A DNA stretch of 64,000 nt from an uncultured Alphaproteobacteria bacterium (GCA_902527045.1 CABZNL010000005.1:332-64331), one strand, 5' to 3'. Shown: positions 10,921 through 20,251, numbered from the stretch's first letter. Numbers and translations are program-made. Notes: a model not told the origin generated them from the sequence alone.

Positions 10921-11795
10921 ACTCACTTGTGATCACCCGTACAGGGACTCATTTAACTGTTCAAGATTTCGGAAGATTTCATTATCAACACTTAGGGGTT
11001 TCCCCAAGTGGTGCTATGGACCAACGAATTATTAAAGAATTAGAAAAAATTATACCACTCCATCATAATCAATTTATTGAATTTGCCTATGTGGGACCAT
11101 CAATAAAAGTAAAGGAGGGCTCTGTAAAAATTTGTGTAGGTGGAAATTGTAATATGAATATACAAAAAAATAATGGTACTCAAATTATGTGTCAACCTTA
11201 TAAGAGTATAAATTTATTTGAAGGGGATGAGTTGAATATTCATAATACAATTGAAACTGTTTATGGTTACATCGCAGTTGAACATGGGCTTGGGTTAAAT
11301 CCTTGTTTAAAAAGTTTCTCTACAGATACAAGGGCGGGAATTGGCTCTATCAATAGGCCGTTGAAAGTTGATGATACCTTTGAAATTCTGGAAGATGTAA
11401 GTTCATGGGATCATCTATCCATACCAAACCCTACTTACAAAAAGGAGACAAACTTTAAAGTTTATCCTGGTCCACAACTTCAATTTTTTACAGATCAAGC
11501 TCTACAATCGTTTATTAGCAATACTTTTACAATATCAGCTCAAAGCGATCGGATGGGTATCAGGCTCAAAGGAGAGGCGATCCTCAGCTCTGAGTCACAC
11601 GATATTTTGTCTGAGGGTATTTTACCGGGGTCTATTCAAGTACCCAGTGATGGGCAGCCTATTGTATTGATGCGAGATATCCCCTGCACTGGTGGATATC
11701 CAAAGATTGCAATTTTAAAAGAGAAAGATATTTCCAAAATCTCTCAACTTCCTCCTGGAAGCCAAATTACGTTTGATTTACAAACAATCTATTAG
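10917..11795 (+). CDS. pxpC: 5-oxoprolinase subunit C
   Basis: TVQDFGR..YQHLGVSPSGAMD, SDRMGIRL, GSIQVPSDGQPIVL, TGGYPKIA. Confidence 0.9.
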   Translation: MNSLVITRTGTHLTVQDFGRFHYQHLGVSPSGAMDQRIIKELEKIIPLHHNQFIEFAYVGPSIKVKEGSVKICVGGNCNMNIQKNNGTQIMCQPYKSINLFEGDELNIHNTIETVYGYIAVEHGLGLNPCLKSFSTDTRAGIGSINRPLKVDDTFEILEDVSSWDHLSIPNPTYKKETNFKVYPGPQLQFFTDQALQSFISNTFTISAQSDRMGIRLKGEAILSSESHDILSEGILPGSIQVPSDGQPIVLMRDIPCTGGYPKIAILKEKDISKISQLPPGSQITFDLQTIY

Positions 11796-11819
11796 CCAAA
11801 TTTGTATGTATAATTAGAA

Positions 11820-12557
11820 ATGAAAATTTCAAATATTCAAGATCTCATTCCCTCATCGACTAAGTCAAATAGTGCTGTTGCCTCAAGGCAAGATGCTTTA
11901 GAAAAATTTAACTCTTTTAATCCTGCACTCTATGCAAAGACAAGAAATTTTCTCAATGGACAAATTTCTAGATTATCTGCTCACATCAAATATGGAATTA
12001 TTTCAAATAAAGAGATTTATGAACATGTTCGAGATAAATATGCTTTTAATGAAAGCGAAAAATTTATCCAAGAATTAGCATGGAGAGATTTTTGGAGAAG
12101 TTACGCCTATCATCATCCCGATCAACTGTGGACAGATGTGGAAGAATATAAAACAGGATTTCAAGCACATGAGTATCAAGATGACTTACCTGAAGACATC
12201 ACATCTGCAAAAACTCCAACACAAGTAATCAATGTTTTTATCGATCAGCTTCTTACTACTGGATATTTGCATAACCACTCACGTATGTATTTGGCCTCTT
12301 ATATTGTTCATTTTAGAAGAGTGAAGTGGCAGGCAGGAGCAAAGTTTTTTCTCAGTCATTTACTAGACGGTGATATTGCGAGTAATAACTTTTCTTGGCA
12401 ATGGATAGCGAGTACTTTTGCAGGAAAGCCTTATATTTTTAATTTAGAAAATGTCCATAAATACTGTCACCGCTCAATTGAGATTATAACTGAGAAAAAC
12501 CAAGAAATAGATGGAAGCTATGAGGAGATTAGTTCGAGGCTCTTTCCCAATTTATGA
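11820..12557 (+). CDS. Short photolyase: FAD-binding catalytic domain only (NewPHL/SPL-like)
   Basis: YAKTRNFL, SRLSAHIKYG, KFIQELAWRDFW, GYLHNHSRMYLASY, LLDGDIASNNFSWQW; no N-terminal antenna domain. Confidence 0.85.
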   Translation: MKISNIQDLIPSSTKSNSAVASRQDALEKFNSFNPALYAKTRNFLNGQISRLSAHIKYGIISNKEIYEHVRDKYAFNESEKFIQELAWRDFWRSYAYHHPDQLWTDVEEYKTGFQAHEYQDDLPEDITSAKTPTQVINVFIDQLLTTGYLHNHSRMYLASYIVHFRRVKWQAGAKFFLSHLLDGDIASNNFSWQWIASTFAGKPYIFNLENVHKYCHRSIEIITEKNQEIDGSYEEISSRLFPNL

Positions 12558-12949
12558 ACCTAGTTTATTTATATGATGAGTTCATGAGAGTGCCTCTAGG
12601 CATTGAAGGAAATCCTGTATACATCTTTGACAATACCTTGAGTGAAGGCTACGAACTTAGTAAAAAAATCATTGAAAATAGATACTTTTTGGCCAAAGAG
12701 GCAGGAGCTGAGGTATATCAGGGAAACACATATGAGATATTGCAAGAAATCAATAATCAAAATCCCATTTCAAAAATCACAACCAAAGCTACTTTTAGGC
12801 CTGTGTACCAAGAACTATTTCAAAAGCTCGGTGATGCGTATGACGTGGAGCAATTGCCCGATTACTTCTTGTTACAAGACAATTATCTTCATCCTGCAAA
12901 AAGATTTTTTCAGTATTGGAACAAAATCAAGAAAAATTTAAAATACTAG
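12554..12949 (+). CDS. Probable photolyase partner (truncated antenna-like/FAD-sealing domain)
   Basis: ATGA overlap with the photolyase gene; PVYIFD and terminal KRFFQYW resemble photolyase alpha/beta-domain motifs. Confidence 0.6.
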   Translation: MNLVYLYDEFMRVPLGIEGNPVYIFDNTLSEGYELSKKIIENRYFLAKEAGAEVYQGNTYEILQEINNQNPISKITTKATFRPVYQELFQKLGDAYDVEQLPDYFLLQDNYLHPAKRFFQYWNKIKKNLKY

Positions 12950-12951
12950 AG

Positions 12952-13152
12952 ATGGCAGAGAAGTGTAAATACTGCGAGGGAGAATTATCCGTCATGGATA
13001 GCGTCTACATTGAGTCTGAAATTCGAACAGCCCCAAAGAAAGTACAAAACCTAATTAAAAGTCATCACAATCTTGTCTGCTATATGTGTTACAAAAAGCT
13101 AAAAGCAATCAAAGTCATCAACACTGAAGATAAAAATAAAAAAATTAATTAA
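12952..13152 (+). CDS. Small CxxC...CxxC (Zn-ribbon-like) hypothetical protein
   Basis: ATG 2 nt after the upstream stop; CKYC ... CYMC. Confidence 0.55.
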   Translation: MAEKCKYCEGELSVMDSVYIESEIRTAPKKVQNLIKSHHNLVCYMCYKKLKAIKVINTEDKNKKIN

Positions 13153-14774
13153 AGTTTTTTTACTGTTTCTCTTAGTTCGTACTTTTGAATTTTACCAGTT
13201 GACGTTTTTGGCAAGACTTGGAATACAAAAGTTTTGGGCATTTTAAAACCTGCTAAATGCTCTCGGCAAAATTTCTTGAGCTCATCTTCCTCAACTGTTT
13301 GACCGTCGGCCAATTCTATAAAAGCACAGGGTGTCTCGCCCCACTTTTCATCGGGTCTCGCGACAACCGCTGCTAGTGATACGGCAGGGTGCCTTGTAAT
13401 AATATTTTCGATTTCTACTGAGGAGATATTTTCACCCCCACTAATAATGATATCCTTTGATCGATCTTTAACTTGGATATATCCACTAGGGTGCATTACT
13501 GCCAAGTCCCCTGAGTGAAACCATCCACTTTTCATAGACTCTTGTGAGGCCTCTTCATTTTTATAATATCCCATCATCACAGTATTTCCTCGTATCATAA
13601 TCTCCCCCATGGTTTCTCCATCAGAGGGAACGGGTTCGAGCGTATCGGGATTCATAACAGATACCATTTCAGTGTGCGGATAGCGAACTCCTTGATAAGC
13701 TTTCAACTCAGAGCGCTTATCTTCTGCTAAACTATTCCATTCCTTATTCCAAGCACAGTGAACAACGTGACCGTAGGTTTCAGTGAGCCCGTAAACATGC
13801 ATAACCTCAAAGCCCAAGGACTCCATTTTTTGAAGAATTGAACTGGGCGGCGGGGCTCCCGCAGTCATCACATAAACCTTGTTTTTCAATGCTTTTTGAT
13901 CTTCAGCTGGGGCGTTGGCGATCATATTTAAAACAATCGGAGCACCTCCAAAATGCGTTACATCATATTCATCAATCAGTTCAAAGATTTCTTTAACGAC
14001 AATATTTCTAATAAATATTACACGGGCGTGCAGCATAGCCAGAGTCCAGGGATATCCCCACCCGTTACAGTGAAACATGGGAACGGTATATAGGTAGGTC
14101 AGGCGGTTAGGCATGTTCCAGGCGCTAATGCTACCCATCGACATCAAATATGATCCTCGATGATGGTAAACGACACCTTTAGGGTTTCCTGTCGTGCCCG
14201 AAGTGTAGCTCAGTGAAATTGCTTGCCACTCATCATCTGGTCTAATCCATTCAAACCCTTCGTCACCTGTTTCTAAAAAACTCTCATATTCTAATTTTCC
14301 TATTGCAGGTATATCTCCAAGGCCCGCTTGTTTGTCATCAATGTCAATGACCATGATCTCCCTGTCAACTTGTGCTATAGCATCCACAACAACATTGTGA
14401 AATTGTCGATCTACAATAAAAACTTTACAGTCACTATGATCTAGGATGTAAGCAACAGTTCTGGTATCCAGTCGAGTATTAATTGTATTCACAACACCCC
14501 CCGTCATAGGAACAGAATAGTGTGCTTCAAACATTTCAGGTGTATTGGCTGCCATAATAGAGACAACATCCCCCTTACCAATTCCTACTTTTGTTAAAGC
14601 GCTTGCAAATCGAGTACATCGGTCATAAACCTGTCTCCAAGAATATTTTCTTTCTTTGTATACTAAAGCTTCGTAGTCGGGATAAACGTCTTTGATACGA
14701 TCAAGGAAACTGATAGGAGTTAAGGGAACAAAGTTTGCATCATTTTTATGCATTCCTTGTTCAAAATTGCTCAT
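13149..14774 (-). CDS. AMP-binding acyl-CoA synthetase (medium-chain/DmdB-like subfamily)
   Basis: YTSGTTGNPKG, PMFHCNGW, YGLTET, WFHSGDL, DRSKDIIISGGENISS, PKTSTGKIQK. Confidence 0.92.
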   Translation of the reverse strand: MSNFEQGMHKNDANFVPLTPISFLDRIKDVYPDYEALVYKERKYSWRQVYDRCTRFASALTKVGIGKGDVVSIMAANTPEMFEAHYSVPMTGGVVNTINTRLDTRTVAYILDHSDCKVFIVDRQFHNVVVDAIAQVDREIMVIDIDDKQAGLGDIPAIGKLEYESFLETGDEGFEWIRPDDEWQAISLSYTSGTTGNPKGVVYHHRGSYLMSMGSISAWNMPNRLTYLYTVPMFHCNGWGYPWTLAMLHARVIFIRNIVVKEIFELIDEYDVTHFGGAPIVLNMIANAPAEDQKALKNKVYVMTAGAPPPSSILQKMESLGFEVMHVYGLTETYGHVVHCAWNKEWNSLAEDKRSELKAYQGVRYPHTEMVSVMNPDTLEPVPSDGETMGEIMIRGNTVMMGYYKNEEASQESMKSGWFHSGDLAVMHPSGYIQVKDRSKDIIISGGENISSVEIENIITRHPAVSLAAVVARPDEKWGETPCAFIELADGQTVEEDELKKFCREHLAGFKMPKTFVFQVLPKTSTGKIQKYELRETVKKL

Positions 14775-17113
14775 TAGTTTTTTAGTCTTCTCCCTGTAGA
14801 CAACATTGCATGGATCCTATCCCTCGTCTTATTGGATTGTATTAAATTTATCAAAGACTGTCGCTCTAAATTATATAAGTCTGCTTCGCTCAATTCGTTT
14901 GATTTGGTTGTGTCTCCACCACTAAGGACGTCCGCTAAATGCAGACCAATATCCACATCGTAGCCAAAAATAATGTTTTTTTGCTCTAAACCTAACAATA
15001 CTTGGTGCATTTTCTCTTTTACTTCATGGCCGCTAAGAACGAACTTTGGCTTTTCTGGAGCGAAGTAATCCTCTTTTAAAACAGATACTTGTTTGAACGC
15101 TTCGACTAAAAGATTATCTCGGTTCAAAACAAAAATATCACTGTCTAAGAAAAATTTGTGCTTTTTAGCTTGGAGTGGAGAGTGTGCCATTAGCCCATAC
15201 CCTATAATATCAAATACTTGAAGGGCTGCTAGATCGTGATCGCTTGTATATTTGTCGTCTTGCACCCATCTCCATAACAGTTCTTTACAACCTCCTCCCC
15301 CAGGAACCAGACCCACACCTGTCTCGACTAGGCCCAGCGTACTATTCATGTGAGCGACCATTTTAGAAGTTTGGCATGCCACTTCAAAACCTCCTCCAAT
15401 AGCTAATCCTGCAACAGCACTGACTGTAGGCTTGGTTGCGTATTTCATTTTTTTACATGCAGATTGGAAATCTGATAGGTATTTATCAATCCCTTTCCAG
15501 TCTTTCACGTCCGCTAAGCCTATCATTGTATTTAAATCAGCACCTGCGGAGAAATTCATTGCCTCATTATAGACGACAAGGCCTTGATAATTATCTTGCT
15601 CAAGGCGATCAACTGACTCCTCTAATATTTTCATCGCGTCTGCATTCAGAGCGTTAGCCTTGGTATGGAATTCACAACACAATATTTTTTGTTCACGCGG
15701 CTCATCGGTAAACTGCCATATAGTAGCTGCAAAATTTCTAGATAAATGATTAGCGTATTTTTTATGATCACCTAGTCGACGAATGTCCTCTCCTCTGGAG
15801 ATAAACTTCATACCTGCCTCATGATCATAAGCTCGTGAGGAGGTGGTGTCGTAAGGCTCTTGTTTAAGTCCAATCATGGATTTTAATAATTCTGGGACTT
15901 CTTGTTTTTCATCCTGAAGTCGTTGAACAAATTTGGTGAGCCCGTACTCATTCAATAATTCAAATGGCCCCTCATTCCAATTAAATCCCATACGAAGTGC
16001 ATCATCGATGTCTGTCACATTTGATGAAACCTCAGGGATGCAAAAAGCGCTGTAATTAATGATTTTAGCAAGTACAGCGAAAGCATATCGGCCGTACTCA
16101 CTATCGTCATCAAGAAGGGCGTTAATCCCCTCTTTCTCAACTCTTCGAGCAATTTCTAAATCGACTTTATCGAAATCATAATAACTCATATCTGAGGTGT
16201 TCATCGCCTTGACAATTTCATCATCGTCAATGATTGTAGTTTGGTAAAAACCACCCGGTCCCTTATTTCCATTATACCCTTTTTCAAGTAATTTCTCGAC
16301 TAAAGGATGAGGTGCGACCACATCCATGAAGGGATCATTTTCTTGTAATTCTTTTTTAAAGCTTGCAAGCACATCTTTCATCAGATCAATTCCAATGAGG
16401 TCATACAATCCAAACACACCTGTTTTAGGAATTCCTAAAGGTCGACCGAATAATGCATCAGCGATTTCTACTGGAAGACCTCGCTCTAACGCTTCATACA
16501 TCGCGACCTGCATCGCGTACACACCAATACGATTACCTATAAAGCCTGGGGTGTCGTAACAGTTAACAATTCCTTTACCCAGTTCGTTTTGACAAAAGTC
16601 TCGTAGGCCACTCATCTTATCTTTGTTCATCGTTGGTGTCTCAACAATCTCTAATAATCTCATAAATCGAACGGGATTGAAAAAGTGTGTAATACAAAAA
16701 TCAGCTTTCATGGAATCTGACATTTCTTGAGTTAAAATTGAAAGAGGAATAGTAGAGGTGTTAGATGATATGATGGAGTTGGGGCTACGAACTTTATCTA
16801 TTTGAGAATAGAGCTTATGCTTAATGTCTATCCGCTCAACAACTGCTTCAATCACCCAGTCTGCATCTTTAATTTCATCAAAATCATCTTCGAGGTTACC
16901 AGGTTTAATATGTTCTAGACGAGACCGCTCTACTAAAAGTGGAGGGTCTGATTTTTTAATAATGTCAATGGCGTTTTCAGATATTTGGTTTGGCTTATCT
17001 TTGCCTTTGAGATCAAGCAGAACTACTTGTCTATTAGAGTTAGCAAGGTGGGCAGCAATACCAGAACCCATCGTTCCAGCTCCAATAACTACAATTTTAT
17101 TAAATTTGTTCAT
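14774..17113 (-). CDS. 3-hydroxyacyl-CoA dehydrogenase/enoyl-CoA hydratase (FadN-type, dehydrogenase domain first)
   Basis: VIGAGTMGSGIA, EAVVE, SSNTS, HFFNP, PGFIGNR; C-terminal crotonase FSAGADL, GGGFE, VETGVGLVPGGGG. Confidence 0.92.
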   Translation of the reverse strand: MNKFNKIVVIGAGTMGSGIAAHLANSNRQVVLLDLKGKDKPNQISENAIDIIKKSDPPLLVERSRLEHIKPGNLEDDFDEIKDADWVIEAVVERIDIKHKLYSQIDKVRSPNSIISSNTSTIPLSILTQEMSDSMKADFCITHFFNPVRFMRLLEIVETPTMNKDKMSGLRDFCQNELGKGIVNCYDTPGFIGNRIGVYAMQVAMYEALERGLPVEIADALFGRPLGIPKTGVFGLYDLIGIDLMKDVLASFKKELQENDPFMDVVAPHPLVEKLLEKGYNGNKGPGGFYQTTIIDDDEIVKAMNTSDMSYYDFDKVDLEIARRVEKEGINALLDDDSEYGRYAFAVLAKIINYSAFCIPEVSSNVTDIDDALRMGFNWNEGPFELLNEYGLTKFVQRLQDEKQEVPELLKSMIGLKQEPYDTTSSRAYDHEAGMKFISRGEDIRRLGDHKKYANHLSRNFAATIWQFTDEPREQKILCCEFHTKANALNADAMKILEESVDRLEQDNYQGLVVYNEAMNFSAGADLNTMIGLADVKDWKGIDKYLSDFQSACKKMKYATKPTVSAVAGLAIGGGFEVACQTSKMVAHMNSTLGLVETGVGLVPGGGGCKELLWRWVQDDKYTSDHDLAALQVFDIIGYGLMAHSPLQAKKHKFFLDSDIFVLNRDNLLVEAFKQVSVLKEDYFAPEKPKFVLSGHEVKEKMHQVLLGLEQKNIIFGYDVDIGLHLADVLSGGDTTKSNELSEADLYNLERQSLINLIQSNKTRDRIHAMLSTGRRLKN

Positions 17114-17188
17114 AATAATAAGACAGGGATAATAGCAAAAAAGTTAATTAAGTGTAGTTATATTTCTTTTTGAAATCTCCCAAAATTT

Positions 17189-17278
17189 TGGCGCAGCCGG
17201 ATCAGGAGTCGAACCTGCATCTTCCCTTCCCGCAAGAAATCTCAGTGTGGGACGCTTTTCCATTTAAGCTAAGGCCGC
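17189..17278 (-). tRNA. Non-canonical tRNA-like gene or pseudo-tRNA (90 nt, encoded CCA, anticodon not assignable)
   Basis: Acceptor stem GCGGCC/GGCTGC + G + CCA; D-arm GCTT-AAATGGAA-AAGC; T-arm CAGG-TTCGACT-CCTG; anticodon arm expanded to TCCC-22 nt-GGGA. Confidence 0.65.
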
Positions 17279-17307
17279 ATAGGTAAAGTTGAAATTCATG
17301 AAAGATA

Positions 17308-17535
17308 TTATTTTCCATATTTAGGAACTACTGGGGGCTCGGGTTCTTCAGGTATCGTGCACTGCTCTTTGTTGGCAGGCAATTCATCAAAGGGGCGTGT
17401 TACCCAGATGTGCGAGGAGATAATATCGCCGTTTTCATTTTGAAAGCATTTCTTACCAAAATGTAGTTGGCTGTGGTTTTGTTCATCAGCGACATACAAG
17501 AATAATACTGCTGCGAGGAAGTGTAAAAAAGTCAT
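17308..17535 (-). CDS. Small exported protein with two Cys (FGKKC...W...LPANKEQC) and Pro-rich tail
   Basis: Hydrophobic N-terminus; ATGA overlap with the upstream ORF. Confidence 0.6.
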   Translation of the reverse strand: MTFLHFLAAVLFLYVADEQNHSQLHFGKKCFQNENGDIISSHIWVTRPFDELPANKEQCTIPEEPEPPVVPKYGK

Positions 17536-18191
17536 GATTTTAGTCCTTTCTGGGAATAATTGAGATTTGCCATGATGGGATCAGGTATTTTTTTGCAGTG
17601 CTTGTGCGCTCTATCCATGGCTTCTTCTACTTGTGGCATGGCCCACTGAATTGTTGGTAAGTCTATAAATGTTCTTAAGGCAACTGGCTCCTCTACAGGA
17701 ACATCGGTGACTGTTAAACGCGAGCGTTTATGAAAAGTATAATATTCTTTGATGGTTTCATGCCCATAGGGCCCCATCCCTATTAAAATCATGTGTCCGT
17801 TTTTGTAGGGGTATATTTCCATAACCATCCCCGTCGTGGTATGGCCGTTTTCCAGGAGCTCAATTTCTTTATCGATTAGTTTTGTGAGATCCGGGTGAGT
17901 AGATAACGTAAATAATTCAAAAAATTGGAGAACGCGATCACAATTATTTTTAGTCATGACAAAGATAATATTTTCTGAGTCCTCGATATCTCCACTGCGT
18001 TCGATTGCAATCATTTCCTCCTCCAGTAATTGAATATTCCAGCCATGAAATTTTTCCAAGGTCATCGCGGAGGCTGTGGTAATAAAAAAGGAAGAGCTAA
18101 GTATTAATATTAAATATTTTCCTCTTTGTACTACGGCGTATTTGGAGGATGAAACAAGCCGCAGCACAGAAAGGAACCATGAAAAAACCAC
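17532..18191 (-). CDS. Hypothetical exported protein
   Basis: Start placed at GTG 18191 behind AGAGGAGG; signal-like segment ending TASA; two Cys. Confidence 0.6.
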   Translation of the reverse strand: MVFSWFLSVLRLVSSSKYAVVQRGKYLILILSSSFFITTASAMTLEKFHGWNIQLLEEEMIAIERSGDIEDSENIIFVMTKNNCDRVLQFFELFTLSTHPDLTKLIDKEIELLENGHTTTGMVMEIYPYKNGHMILIGMGPYGHETIKEYYTFHKRSRLTVTDVPVEEPVALRTFIDLPTIQWAMPQVEEAMDRAHKHCKKIPDPIMANLNYSQKGLKS

Positions 18192-18354
18192 CTCAATGCC
18201 TCCTCTCCATTTTTTATGTTTGTCATATAAACCCTTGGTAGGAAATGACTTAGAGAAGGAGTAACTAGAAAACAGAAAGGAAGAGAGAGGTCTTTGCACT
18301 GAAGACTAAAGTATTAAATTTTAGAGATAAAGATTGGGGAGAAATTAATTAAAT

Positions 18355-19740
18355 TTAGACAGCAATACTTGCTCCAGGCATATTCCAATTATTTGTGATC
18401 CCCCACCATAAAAGAACCATGAGAAGATGATAGGTTATTGGAACGAACCATCGAAGTTTCCTATCAATTGTATTGTAGAGACCAGTTTGCTGATCTCTAT
18501 GATAGTCCCAGTAACTCCATATGGTAATCATGGTAGATAAACCTGCAAACAGGTATGAGAGCAAAATCCAGGCATCTAAAACTGTGATATAGTTTAATTT
18601 TGGGACATCATCCCCAAACACAAAGTTATAGGCAACAAGCGTTAACAAGCTTCCCATTGAAACTGCCAGCTTTGACTCAAGTTCTCTTGCTCGGATGTAA
18701 AATACACTAAAGGATAAATAGACGAGAAAGATTACAGGGAGAATAATCTTCAAGACGTAGTAAAAAGATTTACGGTTAAGATCAAAACTGTAATCGAGTG
18801 TCTGGAGTACTCCTTGCCCGTAAAGTTGAGTGTCACAGCAGTTTAGACGATGGTCATTAATTTTCCATTCATACAAAATATCATTGCCTTGGCTGATAGT
18901 AATCTCTGGGTTATAACGTGGGGGGGCGCTTAGATCAATATCCTGAAATATAAAATCTGCAGATGTAGAAATATCATCAAAAGGGAATTTTCTAAAGTCT
19001 GAGGAATTAGTTACCTGATAATTGATTTGCTGCTTTAGGATAAAATTAAATGGAACAGATTGATCATTTGTAATCAGTAAGCTTTTAAAGGTGACATCGT
19101 TTATAAAAGATCCTGCTTGTGTAGTTTCAAATGTGGGATACCAAATTTTTTGTAAAATATTTTCAAGCTCCGCTGACTTTCTATAAATACATTTAATGGG
19201 TGATTTATCAAGATCTGTTAAATTAAAGAAATTATGAATTAGATCTTCATTTTGCCACTGCAAGTAAACCTCTAAATTTAAATTTGACTTGCTGCTTTGC
19301 TGAGTTACCTCAAAATCATTTAAGATAATATTTGCTTCAACTATGGGGTGGCCTAAGTAAGGAATGCGTTTCAGGTCGATTATCTCTTCCTCCCCGTCTT
19401 GGTGTTGAACGGTTAATGTGAGGTCTCTCATTGCTGAAGTCTCTAATAAGTTAGACAAGTAGAGATGAGCATCGCTGTCATCAAAGGCAACTGGTTTTTG
19501 ATCAACCGCCAAAATACGGTCTCCGACCTCAAGAGGGGTATTAAAAGCATAGGAACCGAAGCGTTTTTTGCTGATAATTGGTTGATTTTGCTCAAGAACC
19601 ACACCGCTGTCGTTATAAGCTAACCGGATGTTAGATGTTTCTCTGAAGTCTTTTTTTAGGAGCCGCTCACAAATCTCTGCTCCCCAACTCACGCTGGAGA
19701 GGAAAACCCAGACACCTAAAAAAATCCCCCTTAGTAACAA
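18355..19740 (-). CDS. Pentameric ligand-gated ion channel (Pro-loop receptor) with N-terminal PDZ-like domain
   Basis: Signal peptide; PDZ-like LEVGDRILAVDQKPV; IWYP, FRKFPFDD, EWKI, pre-M1 Arg and M1 YYVLKIILP; M2 ESKLAVSMGSLLTLVAYNF; M2-M3 loop PKLNYIT; four TM helices. Confidence 0.88.
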   Translation of the reverse strand: MLLRGIFLGVWVFLSSVSWGAEICERLLKKDFRETSNIRLAYNDSGVVLEQNQPIISKKRFGSYAFNTPLEVGDRILAVDQKPVAFDDSDAHLYLSNLLETSAMRDLTLTVQHQDGEEEIIDLKRIPYLGHPIVEANIILNDFEVTQQSSKSNLNLEVYLQWQNEDLIHNFFNLTDLDKSPIKCIYRKSAELENILQKIWYPTFETTQAGSFINDVTFKSLLITNDQSVPFNFILKQQINYQVTNSSDFRKFPFDDISTSADFIFQDIDLSAPPRYNPEITISQGNDILYEWKINDHRLNCCDTQLYGQGVLQTLDYSFDLNRKSFYYVLKIILPVIFLVYLSFSVFYIRARELESKLAVSMGSLLTLVAYNFVFGDDVPKLNYITVLDAWILLSYLFAGLSTMITIWSYWDYHRDQQTGLYNTIDRKLRWFVPITYHLLMVLLWWGITNNWNMPGASIAV

Positions 19741-19741
19741 G

Positions 19742-20206
19742 CTAGATTGATTTTAACACACTCTTAATTTTACTCAACTGATCATCCAATTTTTGGATGT
19801 CTTGATAGATTTTCTCTTTTTCATGAGGAACTATTTTTGCTCCCCCAGAGCTCTTCTCATCCATCGACTCACGCACCGCGTCCATTAAATCCCCCAGTCT
19901 TCCTCCGATCGCCAATATCTCTGATTGCACCTCACTTTCGCTTGCAGGTTTTTCAGGTTGCGCAGTTGCCAGGTAATCTTTCAGGAAATTACTAAAAGGA
20001 GTTTTTTGATAAATTTTTTGCATGGCATGTTCTAAGAGAATGACAGTTCTAAATTGGATGTTCCTTTCATGGTCATCAGGATCGGCACACTTGTAGATAT
20101 ATGATTTAGACTTACCAGTAATCTCTTGGATGTCTTGATCACTGAGATTTTTTAGGACATCTTTAAGGGTGTGTTCGATGGTGATAATTTCTTTGGTTTT
20201 AGACAT
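19742..20206 (-). CDS. Phage regulatory protein CII (CP76)-like HTH protein
   Basis: N-terminal HTH (EITGKSKSYIYKCADPD); C-terminal helices with GRLGDL and I.PHEKEKI, typical of the CP76 family. Confidence 0.65.
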   Translation of the reverse strand: MSKTKEIITIEHTLKDVLKNLSDQDIQEITGKSKSYIYKCADPDDHERNIQFRTVILLEHAMQKIYQKTPFSNFLKDYLATAQPEKPASESEVQSEILAIGGRLGDLMDAVRESMDEKSSGGAKIVPHEKEKIYQDIQKLDDQLSKIKSVLKSI

Positions 20207-20251
20207 ACCCCACTATAGCAATTTATGATAAGGGGGTAATCAATAATCTAT

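Noticed and set aside
17189..17278. tmRNA, suggested by the G3-U70 pair
   Set aside because: Both acceptor halves lie within 90 nt in normal order with a full D-stem. There is no tag reading frame and no permuted two-piece layout.
18192..18299. N-terminal extension of the 255-aa ORF
   Set aside because: Low-complexity Ser/Phe translation; a strong AGAGGAGG RBS points to GTG 18191.
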